A stretch of DNA of 64,000 nt, from assembly GCA_965655095.1 (NCBI GenBank), contig OZ296651.1, positions 40,858,001-40,922,000 of the forward strand, read 5' to 3'. Positions 49,552 to 62,200 of this stretch are shown in pieces; position 1 is the stretch's first letter, and every line of letters begins with the position of its first letter. The DNA comes from Haplodiscus bocki. Taxonomy: Eukaryota. The notes below the pieces were generated by a model. That model did not search any database, was not told the origin of the DNA, and saw only the letters and a program-made list of their open reading frames with translations. The translations under genes were made by a program, and so were the position numbers.

Positions 49552-51200
49552 ATTCCCAAATCCACAGGCCGCAAGCTCGAACCCCAGCATAAGCTAAATT
49601 TTCTAAACTTAATATGGCCCAGTGTGTATGACAAAGGGCTCCGAATCCACAGGCTGCACGCCCAAACCTCGGTATAGGCTACATTTTTTTTTACATTTTA
49701 TACAAGAAATTATACAAGAAGCTAACAACTTTTTTTTACTTTGGTCCCAAATTTCTTCGTGACAATCCGCTCTAAAAAAGTCTATCGAATGGAAAAGTAG
49801 TGGGTTCGTATCCCAACAACAGCCATGTTTTCTTCCACTTGAAGCCGAAAAATATACCAATTTAAATTTTTTCAAAAATTAAATCGACTCCGTCCTATGC
49901 GAGTTTTGAGCCGCAAAGACAGCACCGACTCAGTTGGTTTTTCTAAAAAACGTCTCAATCTAATTAATTTTTCGCATGTCTCCAAGCCCCTGACATATCT
50001 GGGAGCATTTGATGCTGGCGTCGACTTGGGTTCCGGGCTTGCTCTACAATTGGAAGGCATATTTTCAAAGATTCCACTGAAGTGGGTTAAGAAGGAGCAC
50101 AGATGACCCCGTTTTAGTACTCTTTAAAAATCAATCATCTCCCTAAATGACGACAGTTGATAAAAAAAAGTACTACAATTTTTTTTACTAAAAAACGTGC
50201 AATTTCGCCAACTGCTACTTCAAAAACAACTGCGGATTTTGGCTTTTTTGGCCTATCAGTGTTCCCATGCAATGAAGAAAAACACAAGCTTCGCCGAATG
50301 CTTTTCTGCGGAAAACGCTCTCGAAAGAGGCCTTGATGAAAAAAATTCAGCAGACAATTTTCGAAGTGTCCGATTTCGAAAAAAGTTACTTGTTGCAATT
50401 TGACTCTTTCCACTTAACAGTTCCTTTGAAAGGAGCAACTTAAGATTTTTGCATGTAAAGACTATGTACAAGTAAAACGGGTCGATTGAAACTTTGACGA
50501 AAGAAGTCCAGTGAACAGTCTTGGAGGAAACATCTTGCAAATAAGCGAATACCAATCATTATTTCAATTTGCTTTTTCGGCCTATCAGGGTTCATGGTCT
50601 ATGTATGAAAAAAATTTTGCAAAAGGGAAATTATCAATTCAGACCTTCATGCAAGATATTCAGCGAGTAGTCTTGGAGAAATTTGACCTTGCACAACAAG
50701 AAAGATGATCAAATATGATTTTTTTGTATTTTCGGCTGATCTGGGCTCAGATGCCAAGAAGCAAATCAGAAGTACTTTTATCGAAAAACTGCCTTCAGAA
50801 AAACCTGTCGATAGTGCGACCTTGATGAATGCAATAAAACCGTTAGTTGGAGAAAAATGAGTCTGAGCATCGAAAGATTCAGAACTAACGGCACTTTCTG
50901 GAATTTTGGGCCCATCAGTGTTCCGTTGAAATGAATACTTGACACTTCGGTTTTAATCGCACTTGTAAAAGTACGAAAGTGTCGATTGAGGCCCTGATGG
51001 AAATCACACCAGTAGCTTCGGAGAACAGTTGGTCTGAAAAATTGGAAAAAGTCAAAAAGCTTTCTTTGGCTTGTTCGCCCAATCAAAGTTGAAAGGCAAA
51101 AATCAAAAGTTGGCAATTTTGCGCAGAATTTTCCTCTACAATCACGCGGAATTAGCAAAATCGAGGAAAGAAAGTCCACTGACTGAATTGACAATTTTCA
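49552..51200 (-). mobile_element. Decayed N-terminal part of a Polinton/Maverick-type pPolB gene
   Basis: Minus-strand remnants IETF (~49960), THYFSI (~49805) and a Cys cluster CIISCIKC, in the order expected just upstream of the exonuclease piece at 33690. Very degenerate. Confidence 0.35.
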
Positions 51201-54200
51201 TTTCCAAATTTCAGTCCGAAAGAAACAATTCATATAAGTTTTTAATTCTGTTTCTTACGGCAGAAATATTTTGCTCTAATCAAATGGTCATGTTTCCGTA
51301 TTCAGCAAAGAATCGAAAACGTCGGAATTCTTCCGGTAAAATTAACAAATTAACAGACATCTCAACAAAAAGCAATTGAGAACAGAGGTATCCCTCTCAA
51401 TTGTCTAATCCCAAAATTTACTTTTGAAAAAATCAATTCCCTTTTCTAAATAGTGTCCTAATCAGTATATAGATTCGTGCCGCTGTTTTTGCAGAATGAT
51501 TTTTGGATATCAAAATTTTTTCAGGACCGAAACTACTGATGTTGTCTCGTGTGAGCAACAATTTACTTTTCACCGTAAAATTTCTGAACAAATAAAAGGC
51601 GATTATAATTTTGTACCACAGCGGAAAGTTACACAGAACCTGAATGATTCCATATAATTTCTCAAAAGGCTGACAAAGAACGCTGCCATCGCTCAGGAAG
51701 AATAACAAAAACTTTGAGGCTAGGATCACTATTTTCTAGAACAACACAATAAAATCCCGTAAATACAAAACACGGGGACAAAACTGAAAGCGTTTCACTA
51801 CAAATCATTCAATTGGTTCAAATTTTGGAGACCTTTTGGCAATTATACCAACTAAATAAGAAAACGATTAAACGTTGATGAAGTGAACGTTGAAAACTCT
51901 TGAGCATTGGTAGGTAAACATGAAATTATTTGGTTTCGATGCTCAATTATGAAATACAAAGTAGTGAATCGAGCTTATTTTTCGAAAGATTTTCCTATGT
52001 GTTCAATGGTCAATAAGTTCAATAAAATGCACTCATTTTATTACAAAGTCCTGGAACCTTATGAATTGAAAATTGGCCAACCTCTGGTATTTTGAACGAA
52101 ACGAAAATGGCGATGATAATTATATTTGCAAAAATAAGTCAGGAAAACATGACCCAAATATTTCATTTCATTTCACGACATTTGCAAATGATCATCTTAG
52201 CAAAAATGCCTCCAAAGATCAAATGTACATGTTGTATGTAAATGATGTAAAACGAGACAATTCGCTTGGGCGTCTCGGCTCTAAATTTGATAAGAAGTGC
52301 AAACATTTGAATCTCAAGTGAGCTCTCAAGATGCTCGGGATCTTCAAACATGTTGGTTTCTATTTTAGGCAGGTTTTATCTGCTTCGATCTCATCAAATA
52401 TTTGGTCGCGTCTTGAAAAGGTGGTTGTCTAGGGAACGAAAACAAGCCCATCAAACTTCCTTGACATAACAATGGTAAATTTTGTTTAAAAAACAGCTTT
52501 CAGCGAAAGATTTACAGCTATCTGAAAATTAGAACTGTGTCAAAGTTTGAAGTATTTAACGTTTGTATCTTCAAAGTTGACTACTCCGTAATCTAAGTTT
52601 GCAAGAAGTTTCCGCACAACAGTTTAAAGACGCCACTGGAGGCTATTGAAGAAAAATTCAGAGCATGATGTCTCCGGATAGCAAAGATTTTGGTAGCCTG
52701 CTGAACAGGGGTGTGAAAAAATATTGTTAATGGACTTTTTGAACCAAGAAGCAATGGTTTTCTATTCTAAAAGACTACACCTAAACACAATAACAATCAG
52801 ACTAGAATTTTAATGACTGCAGAGTGTCTCATCAATTTTTTTACATACAGAATTAACTGGTTTTGGAAAATATTCAAAAAAAATCCAAGAGTCAGTGGAG
52901 ACTATTTTTGACTAGTTGATACAAAATGGAAAATTTACAGCTCACGCAATAAATATTGCATTTCAAAAGCTGAAAAACAAATTATTCTGTTTATTGGCAT
53001 AACTTTCAAGAAATAATTTATTTTACACTATTGCTGCTGGGAAATAACATTGACAGTAACCATCGAAAAATATTCAAACTCACAAAATTGCCCGGATCGA
53101 AAGCCAGCAAAAACCAGTTTTTGGTCCTTTCAATGCAATAATAAAAGTGAAAAGTTGGGTTAAATTTCGCACCCTTAAAAAGCAATTGATTGAACAGCGG
53201 CTACTCTTTTAATACCGCCAGAACGCCGCACTTGAACCTATTATTCTAGCAGTTATTTCCATTTCAACAGCATAACATACCGTTATACCGCCACCTTTTC
53301 CTATGGCTAAAAATTTGGTTCGAACAGGCTTGAGCGGCGCAAAGAGGTTAGATTGTGCAATAATGAATGATTAATCATGAGTTTTAGTAAGCATCGGACG
53401 TCCGAAACGCAAAGCTGAGAAATAACATTGAAAATTCAATTAAACGAAACTCCAAGAAAAATAAACTAAAGTTAAAACTTCGTTCAGTAACCGCCATTAT
53501 TTGGTAACTCAAAATTCAAGCGTATCGTAACGCGCAATGGTTGAAATATTTACAAAATGTCTTCAACTCAGATTTGAAAAGAACTGAACTTCTTTCCGAA
53601 AATTTGCACCATATGGTGTGAAAAGAAATGGTTCCGTTTTTTGAGAAATTCACGCTGTATGCGAAGTCCCAAGTACAGATGGTGCCAAAAAAAATCGAAG
53701 GAATTAATTTTCAGTTATTCCGAACCAAGTGGAAACAAAACACAGTAAACTGCTAAATTTGCACGATTCTAGAAATGCAAGCCAACCGAAAATCGCATTT
53801 AATTTGCATCAATCCAACCGTAGAGCAGAATGTTAGCTTTAGCAATTCAGAATGCTAATAGATTTTCCTATTTGCAATCAAGTTGATTTAATTTAGCATA
53901 ATAGTCCCTTTTGCAACGTCTAGCTCAAAAGGCTTACCGGAATCTCAAGGGGCATACATCATACAAGACCTCTCTAAATACAAAGCGAAAAAAAAGAATG
54001 CAAGAATTTTTTGAATTATTTGAGGTGTTCCTTGCATTTGAAGCTTAAAGCTTTCGAAACGCATTAGAGGTGACCAAAAATGCTGAATCAGTTGAACAAT
54101 TGGCATATTTGGCTTGCTATGGGTTTGAAAACGGGTGACAAACAAAATCAAATTTCTTGATATTCGTTCCAAGAATCTCGCTTTAATTTTGATCAGCTCA

Positions 54201-55632
54201 AGAATTTTTTTTGAAAAATTTAACGTAAACCTTCGAAACGAATATTCTTTGTTGATGGAGATTGAAAACTACCCATTTCACATTTCACGTAATATTTATG
54301 TAATGTTGTTAGCAGTAAACAAATGAGACAGAAAGGCTGAATCCGTCGCTACTCGAATGGCTCACAAAAATAAAGGGGGCTATCACGAAAAATTTTATGC
54401 ACCTGGTTTTTTAAAAAAAAGGATTTGCGTATTTTTCTACGTAATGTGTTACGTTCCCCTGCTTTGAGGGTCCTTTCCAAGACAGCCCGAGGCAAAACAC
54501 TCCTATAATCATTTCGTCGATTTCGAGGTGCTAAAACAAAACAGCTGTGATAGTCGGGCAAAAAGCGCCGACGAAAAAATATTGCCGATAAACTAAATGA
54601 AGAAGAAAGAAGAAGTTAATTTTTTTTGGATGTTATCAAATGTCATCATAATTCTTTCCAATAATTATTTAACCCAACATCCAAATAGGACGAGGAATGA
54701 GTTTACTAATAAAGTCTCCGCTCTTAATACCATCTTTTGGCACTTCATTATTATATGTTTGAGAAAAGTTAAGGAAGGGGATTGATAAGAAAATATAGAG
54801 AAGTTCCTGTTGTCCACTATATAAAGCGTAGTCAACTTTCTTTGGAATAATTTTGAGAAATTCAGCTTCCAACCCTCAACCTTTCAGTTTGCAGGCGCGG
54901 CACAAAAAAAATGAAATCCCAACTTATCGTTTCTCACTCAAAAGTCAAGCTCACTAAAAGTCTAACTCACCAGCCATTGTGTCAAAATGAACGCAATTTT
55001 AAATTGAGAAGCACGCAAGATAATTTCTCAGTATCCTTAGCGGTGCGAGAAATATCAGAAACGAACTTACTCATTTCTTCATACAGCAACTTCAGCCAAA
55101 GAATAATCAGAACATCCTGTCTCCATAATCACATGACTGATCTGGAAAAAAGAACATTCCATGAACCACATGTGAATCAATATTTGAACCATTAACAGAT
55201 TAAAGCTGTCTAATTAGTCGAAAACTAAATTCAACTGAACAAATCCAATTGATTTATTATGAGGCACATTGCAGGGAAAGTAAAACAATAAAGAGAACGC
55301 GGAAAAGTGAAAGATTTCAGCTACACAGACTATTCACCTTTGCAATTGTTCTTAAATTGCTACAAACAGTCACCACGCTGTTCGATTTGTTTAAGCATAC
55401 GATTTGTCGTACCAAGAAAATGACTCACAGTCAAGAAAGTTGCAGCAACATTCCCTGATTTGCAAATATTTCAAAGGTTTCTTGGTCGCAAGGTTGTTTC
55501 CAAGTGAAAGTTTAGACTGGACCCAAATTTCGCAAAGAAACACAAAATTCTTGGACCAGAAGGTTTGGTTTTCTTTTCACTACGCGCAGCTGAAAATTCG
55601 AAAGGGTTTGAAACACCGAGAGATTTTAGAGA

Positions 55633-55740
55633 TACAGTCGAACGTTGATATAAGTTCTCGATATAGCATATTTTTCGATATAAGGTAACTTTGTCAAATC
55701 CCTATGACAACTCAGAATTTCCTTGCATACGATATAACGT
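55633..55740. mobile_element. One end of a pogo/Tigger-like element
   Basis: TA-CAGTCGAACGTTGATATAAG with repeated GATATAx motifs; no partner TIR found. Confidence 0.35.
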
Positions 55741-56663
55741 AGTTATGGGAAAGAACGGTAAAGTATCCGACCGAGCTGAAAGATATCAAAATTTAGCATT
55801 TACCTCGTTCAATCAAAATTTCCGTCCCTCAAAAAGTACGATTTTCAACCAAATTGATACTAGCTCTCTAAAAATTGGTTTCTTATTTATTCCGGGGTTT
55901 ACCAACCGGGGTTTGAGGATGGAACAAGCCCCCTTTTTTGATTAGCATACTTAGGGTATATAGTATTGAAGTTTGTGTTAGTACGAGCCGACGGATACCC
56001 CTGGTTCCAGATCTGCCTAAGGTGTACCCATAGACCCCGCTAAGTTTTCTCTAGGCGATAGAGCATCATTAATTATTTTGAAAAAGATGAGTAAACCAGA
56101 TTTTCTCTTTTCAAACCAAAAGTAAAACATTTTAATGAAACATTCGTAAAATTGGAATGCAAGGTTCAAAACACCAGAGCCAAGCTGACGTCCATCCCAA
56201 CGTAGCTGAAAGCTTTGATTCTGGAGCGTCTCTCTTGAAGATATATTAAAACATTAAACATTTTCTACAAATTCAATGAATAAAATAAGATAATGAAAAC
56301 AAGAAGCTGCATTAGGTCATGGGAAGAAGCAGGGCTAGCTCAGTTCTGTAACAGAAGCTAGCACAGCGTATTGTACACGACGATCCATGCAGATGGACTC
56401 AACTAGAAACAATCCATTTTCTATGAAGACAAAAAATGCTGCAATTTACACATCAAATCACAGAAATCCTCCAATTCCTGATTATTTCAAGAATATCCTA
56501 GAATAATTGCATTGCCGAAAAAGACAATTAATCGATACAATTTTACAAAATCTGCTTCACTTTTTTACAGAAGTGCTTTTTCAAAACGTTTTTGTTTTCG
56601 TGCTGTCAGTATTTCTATTGTGTCATGTACAAGACTCTGCAACCATAACCCATAAAATATTCT

Positions 56664-56962
56664 TTATTTAAACTCTTTGCTACACTTTTGTCTTGTTCTA
56701 GCAATTTTTTCTTCAATCTCGGCTAGCTGTGCCATCAACTGCTGCTTCCGGTTAGTTCTCGACTGGGATTTGCCACCACTGGAATTTCCGGAAGTACCTG
56801 AACTTCCGTGTTTAGAACTGCCGCCGCTTTTACTTTTGCTTGAAGAATAGGTGCCTGAAAGAGAACTAATTGTGGCTTTCTTGCTTGAGCTTGTTGAGCC
56901 AGATACACTTTCAGAGGTCGCAGTAGCAAAGGTATGTTTTGACTTCTTCAATTCTTTAGAAT
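56664..56962 (-). CDS. Terminal coding exon of a probable ZC3H18-like gene; upstream exons not found in the window
   Basis: TTTCAG acceptor at 56963-56965. Ser/Gly/Lys-rich stretch then RKQQLMAQLAEIEEKIARTRQK, resembling the ZC3H18 C-terminal RREELLKQLKAVEDAIARKRAK. AATAAA overlaps the stop codon. Confidence 0.65.
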
Positions 56963-57180
56963 CTGAAACAGTAACAAAACTGTTATTGATATTTTAGCGA
57001 AATAATATTTCGAAGCTAATGATATTTACTTCGCGCGTCAAATTGATACACTGAATACCAAAACACAGAAAACTGGTCTTTCAATATACACCAGAGGGAG
57101 CCTACTTTTCTGGTTTTTGCACAATAAACAAAAAAGTTACTAATATTGTAAAAACTTTCATTACTAATATGAAACACGCA

Positions 57181-57600
57181 GACGAAGCGGAACTTCGCAA
57201 CTCAAGTTGACTTGTCAGTTGAGATCAAAGATCCTGAAAGATATTTGAAACCATGATCGGAGATGTCATTGACCCCTTTAAAATTACTACAGCAACTGCC
57301 AATAACAAGTTTGACCGAAAACGTCGAATTGAGGCCAGTACCTGTCATAGGGTCTCAATCAATCATGCCTTTTCACGTTACGCCATTTCACAAACCAATG
57401 TTAAAGAGATCTGCACAGTAAACAATCCAAAAATGAACAATATACGACCCACACTGTTCCATATCTAGAACATGGACATGTGAAACATCAATTTTTGGAC
57501 GTTGTTGTTCATTTTTAAGCCCGATGTTAAAAATTATCTCAATTTAGAACACGAAAAAAACCAAGTACTTGCCAAATGTAGTAAGCGAGGCGTTCTTTAC
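57181..57600. repeat. ~420-bp interspersed repeat; second, interrupted copy at 14178-14437 plus 15160-15315
   Basis: Shared AGATCAAAGATCC.GAAAGA.ATT.GAAA..ATGATCGGAGATGT.ATTGAC and CCCACACTGT...GGACG.TGTTGTTCATTTTT blocks. Confidence 0.8.
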
Positions 57601-59273
57601 AGCTTACACTAGATGACTAGACTCTTCGATGACGTAAAAAAGATTCAATTTTTGAATAAGATATAAAAAACTGGGCATAGCTAGCTGGTTTCGAAACACA
57701 TCCTTCCCTTGAGTCAGGTGTAAGAAGAGGCACTTGACAAGGTTCGAGCGAGCATCATAGTTGCCATAAAAAAATAAAATGAAAAAGATCGTTTTTCCCA
57801 GAGGACGGTACATCCAGATAAAAACAAAGCCTCATCCCTGTCCAAATCAGGTCAAGACATTCACAAATCTCGCTTTGGAACCCAACAGAGAAAATGAAGG
57901 GCAGGACACTGAAAAAAAACGTTTAACCAAGGAATACCTATCATTGCACTTTTGACAATTCTGACTTCCAATCTCGTGGTTTGAGAACCTTTTCGTAAAC
58001 AGAGGACAACTATTTTTTTGCATCGGTTCAGCATCTATTGCTAGCTAGAAAGTTTCTTCCTGAGACAGAAGGCGAAATCCCCCAAAATTCTCCAAATAAC
58101 ATTATCTTAGATGCTTTATATTATGAAACTTCTGTAAAAAAAAATTCGTAATTCCACGACATTTGTTTGCATTTCTAACTTCATATCGATACTTTAAAAA
58201 ACATTAGCAAACAGCTGATTTAAAGGCAATAAAGCAGAAATCCCGGCAATTACCGAGTTAGCTTTTTTTGTCAATTCAAAATATGCAGACCTTTGCCAGA
58301 TTTCGCATTCCCTTACAACATGGAAGAGAAACGAGCAAAATTTTCATATTTCCACTAAATTTGCTACTAGCAAATATAATTTCATGACGGAATATTACGG
58401 AAAGGTAACAAGACAGCTGGTTCGAAGCGCTAAAATTGCAAAAAAACGAGGAGTGATTTAATTTTGCTCGAATCAAAACATGTTTGCCTGTTGAAACATT
58501 TTTGGAAAACACTGAAAAATTTTGGTGAAATTCACTAGCAATTGTAATTTGATATGGATATATTGAGGAAAAATGGCAAGAAAAATGAAAGGCCAAAAGT
58601 CGAAATTTTCCGAAAAATTGCGTAGTTAGCTTTTTTCAGAGAGAACAAATTGGAAAACAAAAGTTAAAACTTTTGAAACCTTAAATTTTTGTGCCAATAA
58701 AAAATGGATTGATATTAACAAAATTGATTCGGTAGGCAAAACAAGCAAATGGCAAGAAACGTGCGAGATAACATTTGTTTGTTACGACAAATAAATTAGT
58801 GACACTTAATCGACAGTGCTGAATTTTGCAACTTTAGCTTACGCGCCATAAACGGCGATTTTTCAGAGTGAAGTTTACACGCACCTAAAGACATGTAGCG
58901 AACTGAATACATGCAATTAAGCATTGCATTAATATAAGGTAGTTGTAACATTACAAATAGACGATTGCAATCACACTTTAACTTTACTCAATTAGACGTT
59001 TCAAAAGTGTGAAAGGTCAGGCGGTTTACATATAATACCGGACTCTTTCGGCTTCTATATTCAAAAAAATATGAGTCTGGCTTTCCTAGCAGATACATAT
59101 CTTGCACTGGTTAAGGCAATATGTTAAACACGAAGAAAATCGCCAAAATGTGCCACTGTCTGCGCCTGAGGAAACAGTAGGTAGAGACTGATGTTCAGAC
59201 TACATTTCCATTTCACAAAAATATTGATAGACCATGAGGGCACTGCCGACCGTCTTCAAAGCCATTCAGTACC

Positions 59274-62200
59274 TGATGTCAATGAAAGGAACAGGATTTT
59301 GAGTACATTCACGGGCTCTTTTCCGTTTCTTCCCCCCCAGCCCTACTGACAAAATTATTATTTCCCCCCCCCCCCTAGCTGATATGCTCAGCTGAGTAGT
59401 ATGGTTCAAGTTTCTGCCTAACAAAGTTATTGCAAATACTTGTTTGTTTATTTTAACTAGCTTCAGCAAGCAGTCAGCTTCTTGGAAGGTACTTGAGATC
59501 TGTGAATTGTGTGCACTGTCTACTGACTCGCGAAAGACGTGTTCAGTGAATAAATACATGTTCACTGGTAGCAGCAGCTACAGCTTCGACTGGGGGGGGG
59601 GAAATAATCCGCGGGGGGGAAGAAACGGAAAAGACCCCATTCACGAGTCCTTCCGCTGATCATTGCAAAACAATTGCGACCTTGCAGTCGTAATCACCAC
59701 TGAAAGTCAGTTTCCTCGAAAGTTACCACGTATTCAGGCTGATAGCCCCACACAGAAAGCCAGGACTCAGGCCAATCGAAATTGGTGGAGTGCTGCGACA
59801 CATAATCGGTACGCACAGCTGTGTCTTGTTCAAAAATCTGTAACCGAGCACGCAATCCATTCTCGACATCATTTTCTTCAAATGACAAAATTGAAGTGAT
59901 CCTCCATGTTGATGCCAAAATGCTTTCAATTGTATTGATCAGGAACTAGTCATAGCTCACATTAAAAAATCAGCCCCTCTATAATTCGCTTTGGAAGTTG
60001 TACAAACATCATCGAAACTTTGCATCGGCAAGAAAACGCTCCTATTTCAACAAGGCAGCACTCAGAGTAACCAACTATCGATGGCTAAACACAGAATTAC
60101 AACTCTCCCAATGTCAGGGACGAATTGCGCGAATATGTAAAACACAAATGGTACGCAGATGAAAGTAATACCATTAAGAAAACTGACGACCTTACGAAGT
60201 TCATGGCCCATCATTTGGCTACCATGTCACATGATGCTATCTTTTAACCAAATACGAGAATACGCAAAAAGCTAACGAAAAGCTTTATATCATTTATATT
60301 AACCGAGTCGTTGGAACTATTCAAAAAAATACAAAAGGAAAATTCAACATACACGTTGGGCTTTTAATCAAAGAAGGAACAATAACCGAAATAGACTGGA
60401 ACACAGAAGACACAGCGAAATTTTGTTAGGACATTGGGACTTTCAGCAACACACCACGAACCAGGCTCCTAATACCGAAACGAAGTGCACAAAAAAAATC
60501 AGTATTTTACTCAAGCTATACAACAGATATTAACTAATAAAAAAAATTCAGGATATTTTTTCTGCGCAAAACAATCAGGTACGGAAACACCAGCAGATCA
60601 CAACGAGTAGATAAAGACCGCAAATTTCCCGGTTACAGTACAAAACTACTTACATCAAAATTTATGACAGCAATTATCGACAAAAAATTAAGAGACAAAG
60701 TGAGGAAAGAAAAAGATTTAGACGTACCGAAAACAAAAGAGCAGATACAACAAAACATACGGCATAAAAAAACAAGGAAACCATACGGGAAGCATTTATA
60801 ACAAGAGAAAAAAAATTGAAGAAACGATACATAAAATAACACAAAGCGGGAGATACGGAACAGGACGTTAAAAAATGTAAAGAGTGAGGCGCCGAATTGG
60901 CACAAGAATGCCCAGCTTGAGAATCAATACGTCACATTTGCAAAAAGATAGCTTATTTCGCAAAAGCCAACAGATTCGAACACCGTCAAATTTAGGAGAT
61001 TACGAAACCGGAAGTCACCAAAGTGACTCGGACAAATCGATAGATAAAACCGAAAATAAAGCACCTAACCGACCGAGCACCTCAGAAAGAAATTGAACAT
61101 GCCTAAAACCGACCGAGAAGATAGAGAGCCGTTACTCGGTATAGATTGCCTACAATACTTCAAGTGGACGATAAAAAATATTGAACACGCGACGAAACAG
61201 CCGAACCATCAGAAGAGAAACCTAGTATCAAAAATTGAAACTACTCGAAACAAACCGAACAAAAAAAGATACTAGAAATAGAAGACAAAAGAAACCGGGA
61301 TATCCACCAATAAAGACACAGGTTAGACCAATACCATATCACCTTCCAAATTACGTAGAAAACGAAATGAGAAAATTATTCAGTACCGGACATCTACGAA
61401 AATTCGAAACGTAGATGTTTTTTTAACCTCCGACAGTTATAACCGTGAAAAAGGTAAGTTGGTTGAAATGGCAGAGGACTCAAAGAAACTATAGGACAGC
61501 TGTATTGAAGAGAGATCCCAAAGGCTTAACATGGAAGAACTATTAAACCAAATAACTACCGAAATAACAATAGTACAAATGAAGCATCATGGGTATCCAA
61601 CAAAGATCTTGAGTAAGCATATGATCAACTGAGAAGGTCCGGGGAAACAAGAAGACAATGCCAATTTGGATTAACTAGGGGAACATGAACGTATACTACA
61701 TATTCAAACGAGGGTTCTACAAATTATCCGACATCCTGACAATTTTCCAAGAGAAAATCGATGCAGGTTAATTATCAAACGCCAGTATGGTTGGAAGATA
61801 AAATAGTAGTAACAAGGGGGGACAAGAAACACCGAATGAAACTCTCTACAAAACTGGGAAAACTTCAGGAAGCCGGAAATAGAGCAAGTGGGAAGAACTC
61901 CGAACATTTTTTCGAAGGAGACAATCTAGTAGGGACATGACATAAATGAACAAGGAAAACAACCATATAAAGAAAAATTGGGGGCAATTTTACAATTAGG
62001 ACCACCAATTTTATGCAAAAACTGAAGTCACTTCTCGATCCATGGAAAATATCGCCGTTTTTTGGAGAAAACCGACCGGCAGAGGCGATTTTTTAAAAAG
62101 AGAATGGAAGTAGACAGAACACGAAGAAAATGACTTAACAGAAATGAAGAACATGATAACACAAACACCATGCTGAGTGCAGCTGGCCAGATACCGAGAT

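Noticed and set aside
52400-53000. Maverick packaging ATPase remnant on the plus strand
   Set aside because: Only faint similarity (KDFGSLL, LNT) and no readable Walker A motif; not supportable by eye.
57604-57813. Upstream exon of the ZC3H18-like gene
   Set aside because: A GTAAG donor exists, but the translation is not ZC3H18-like and I could not establish a compatible acceptor and frame.
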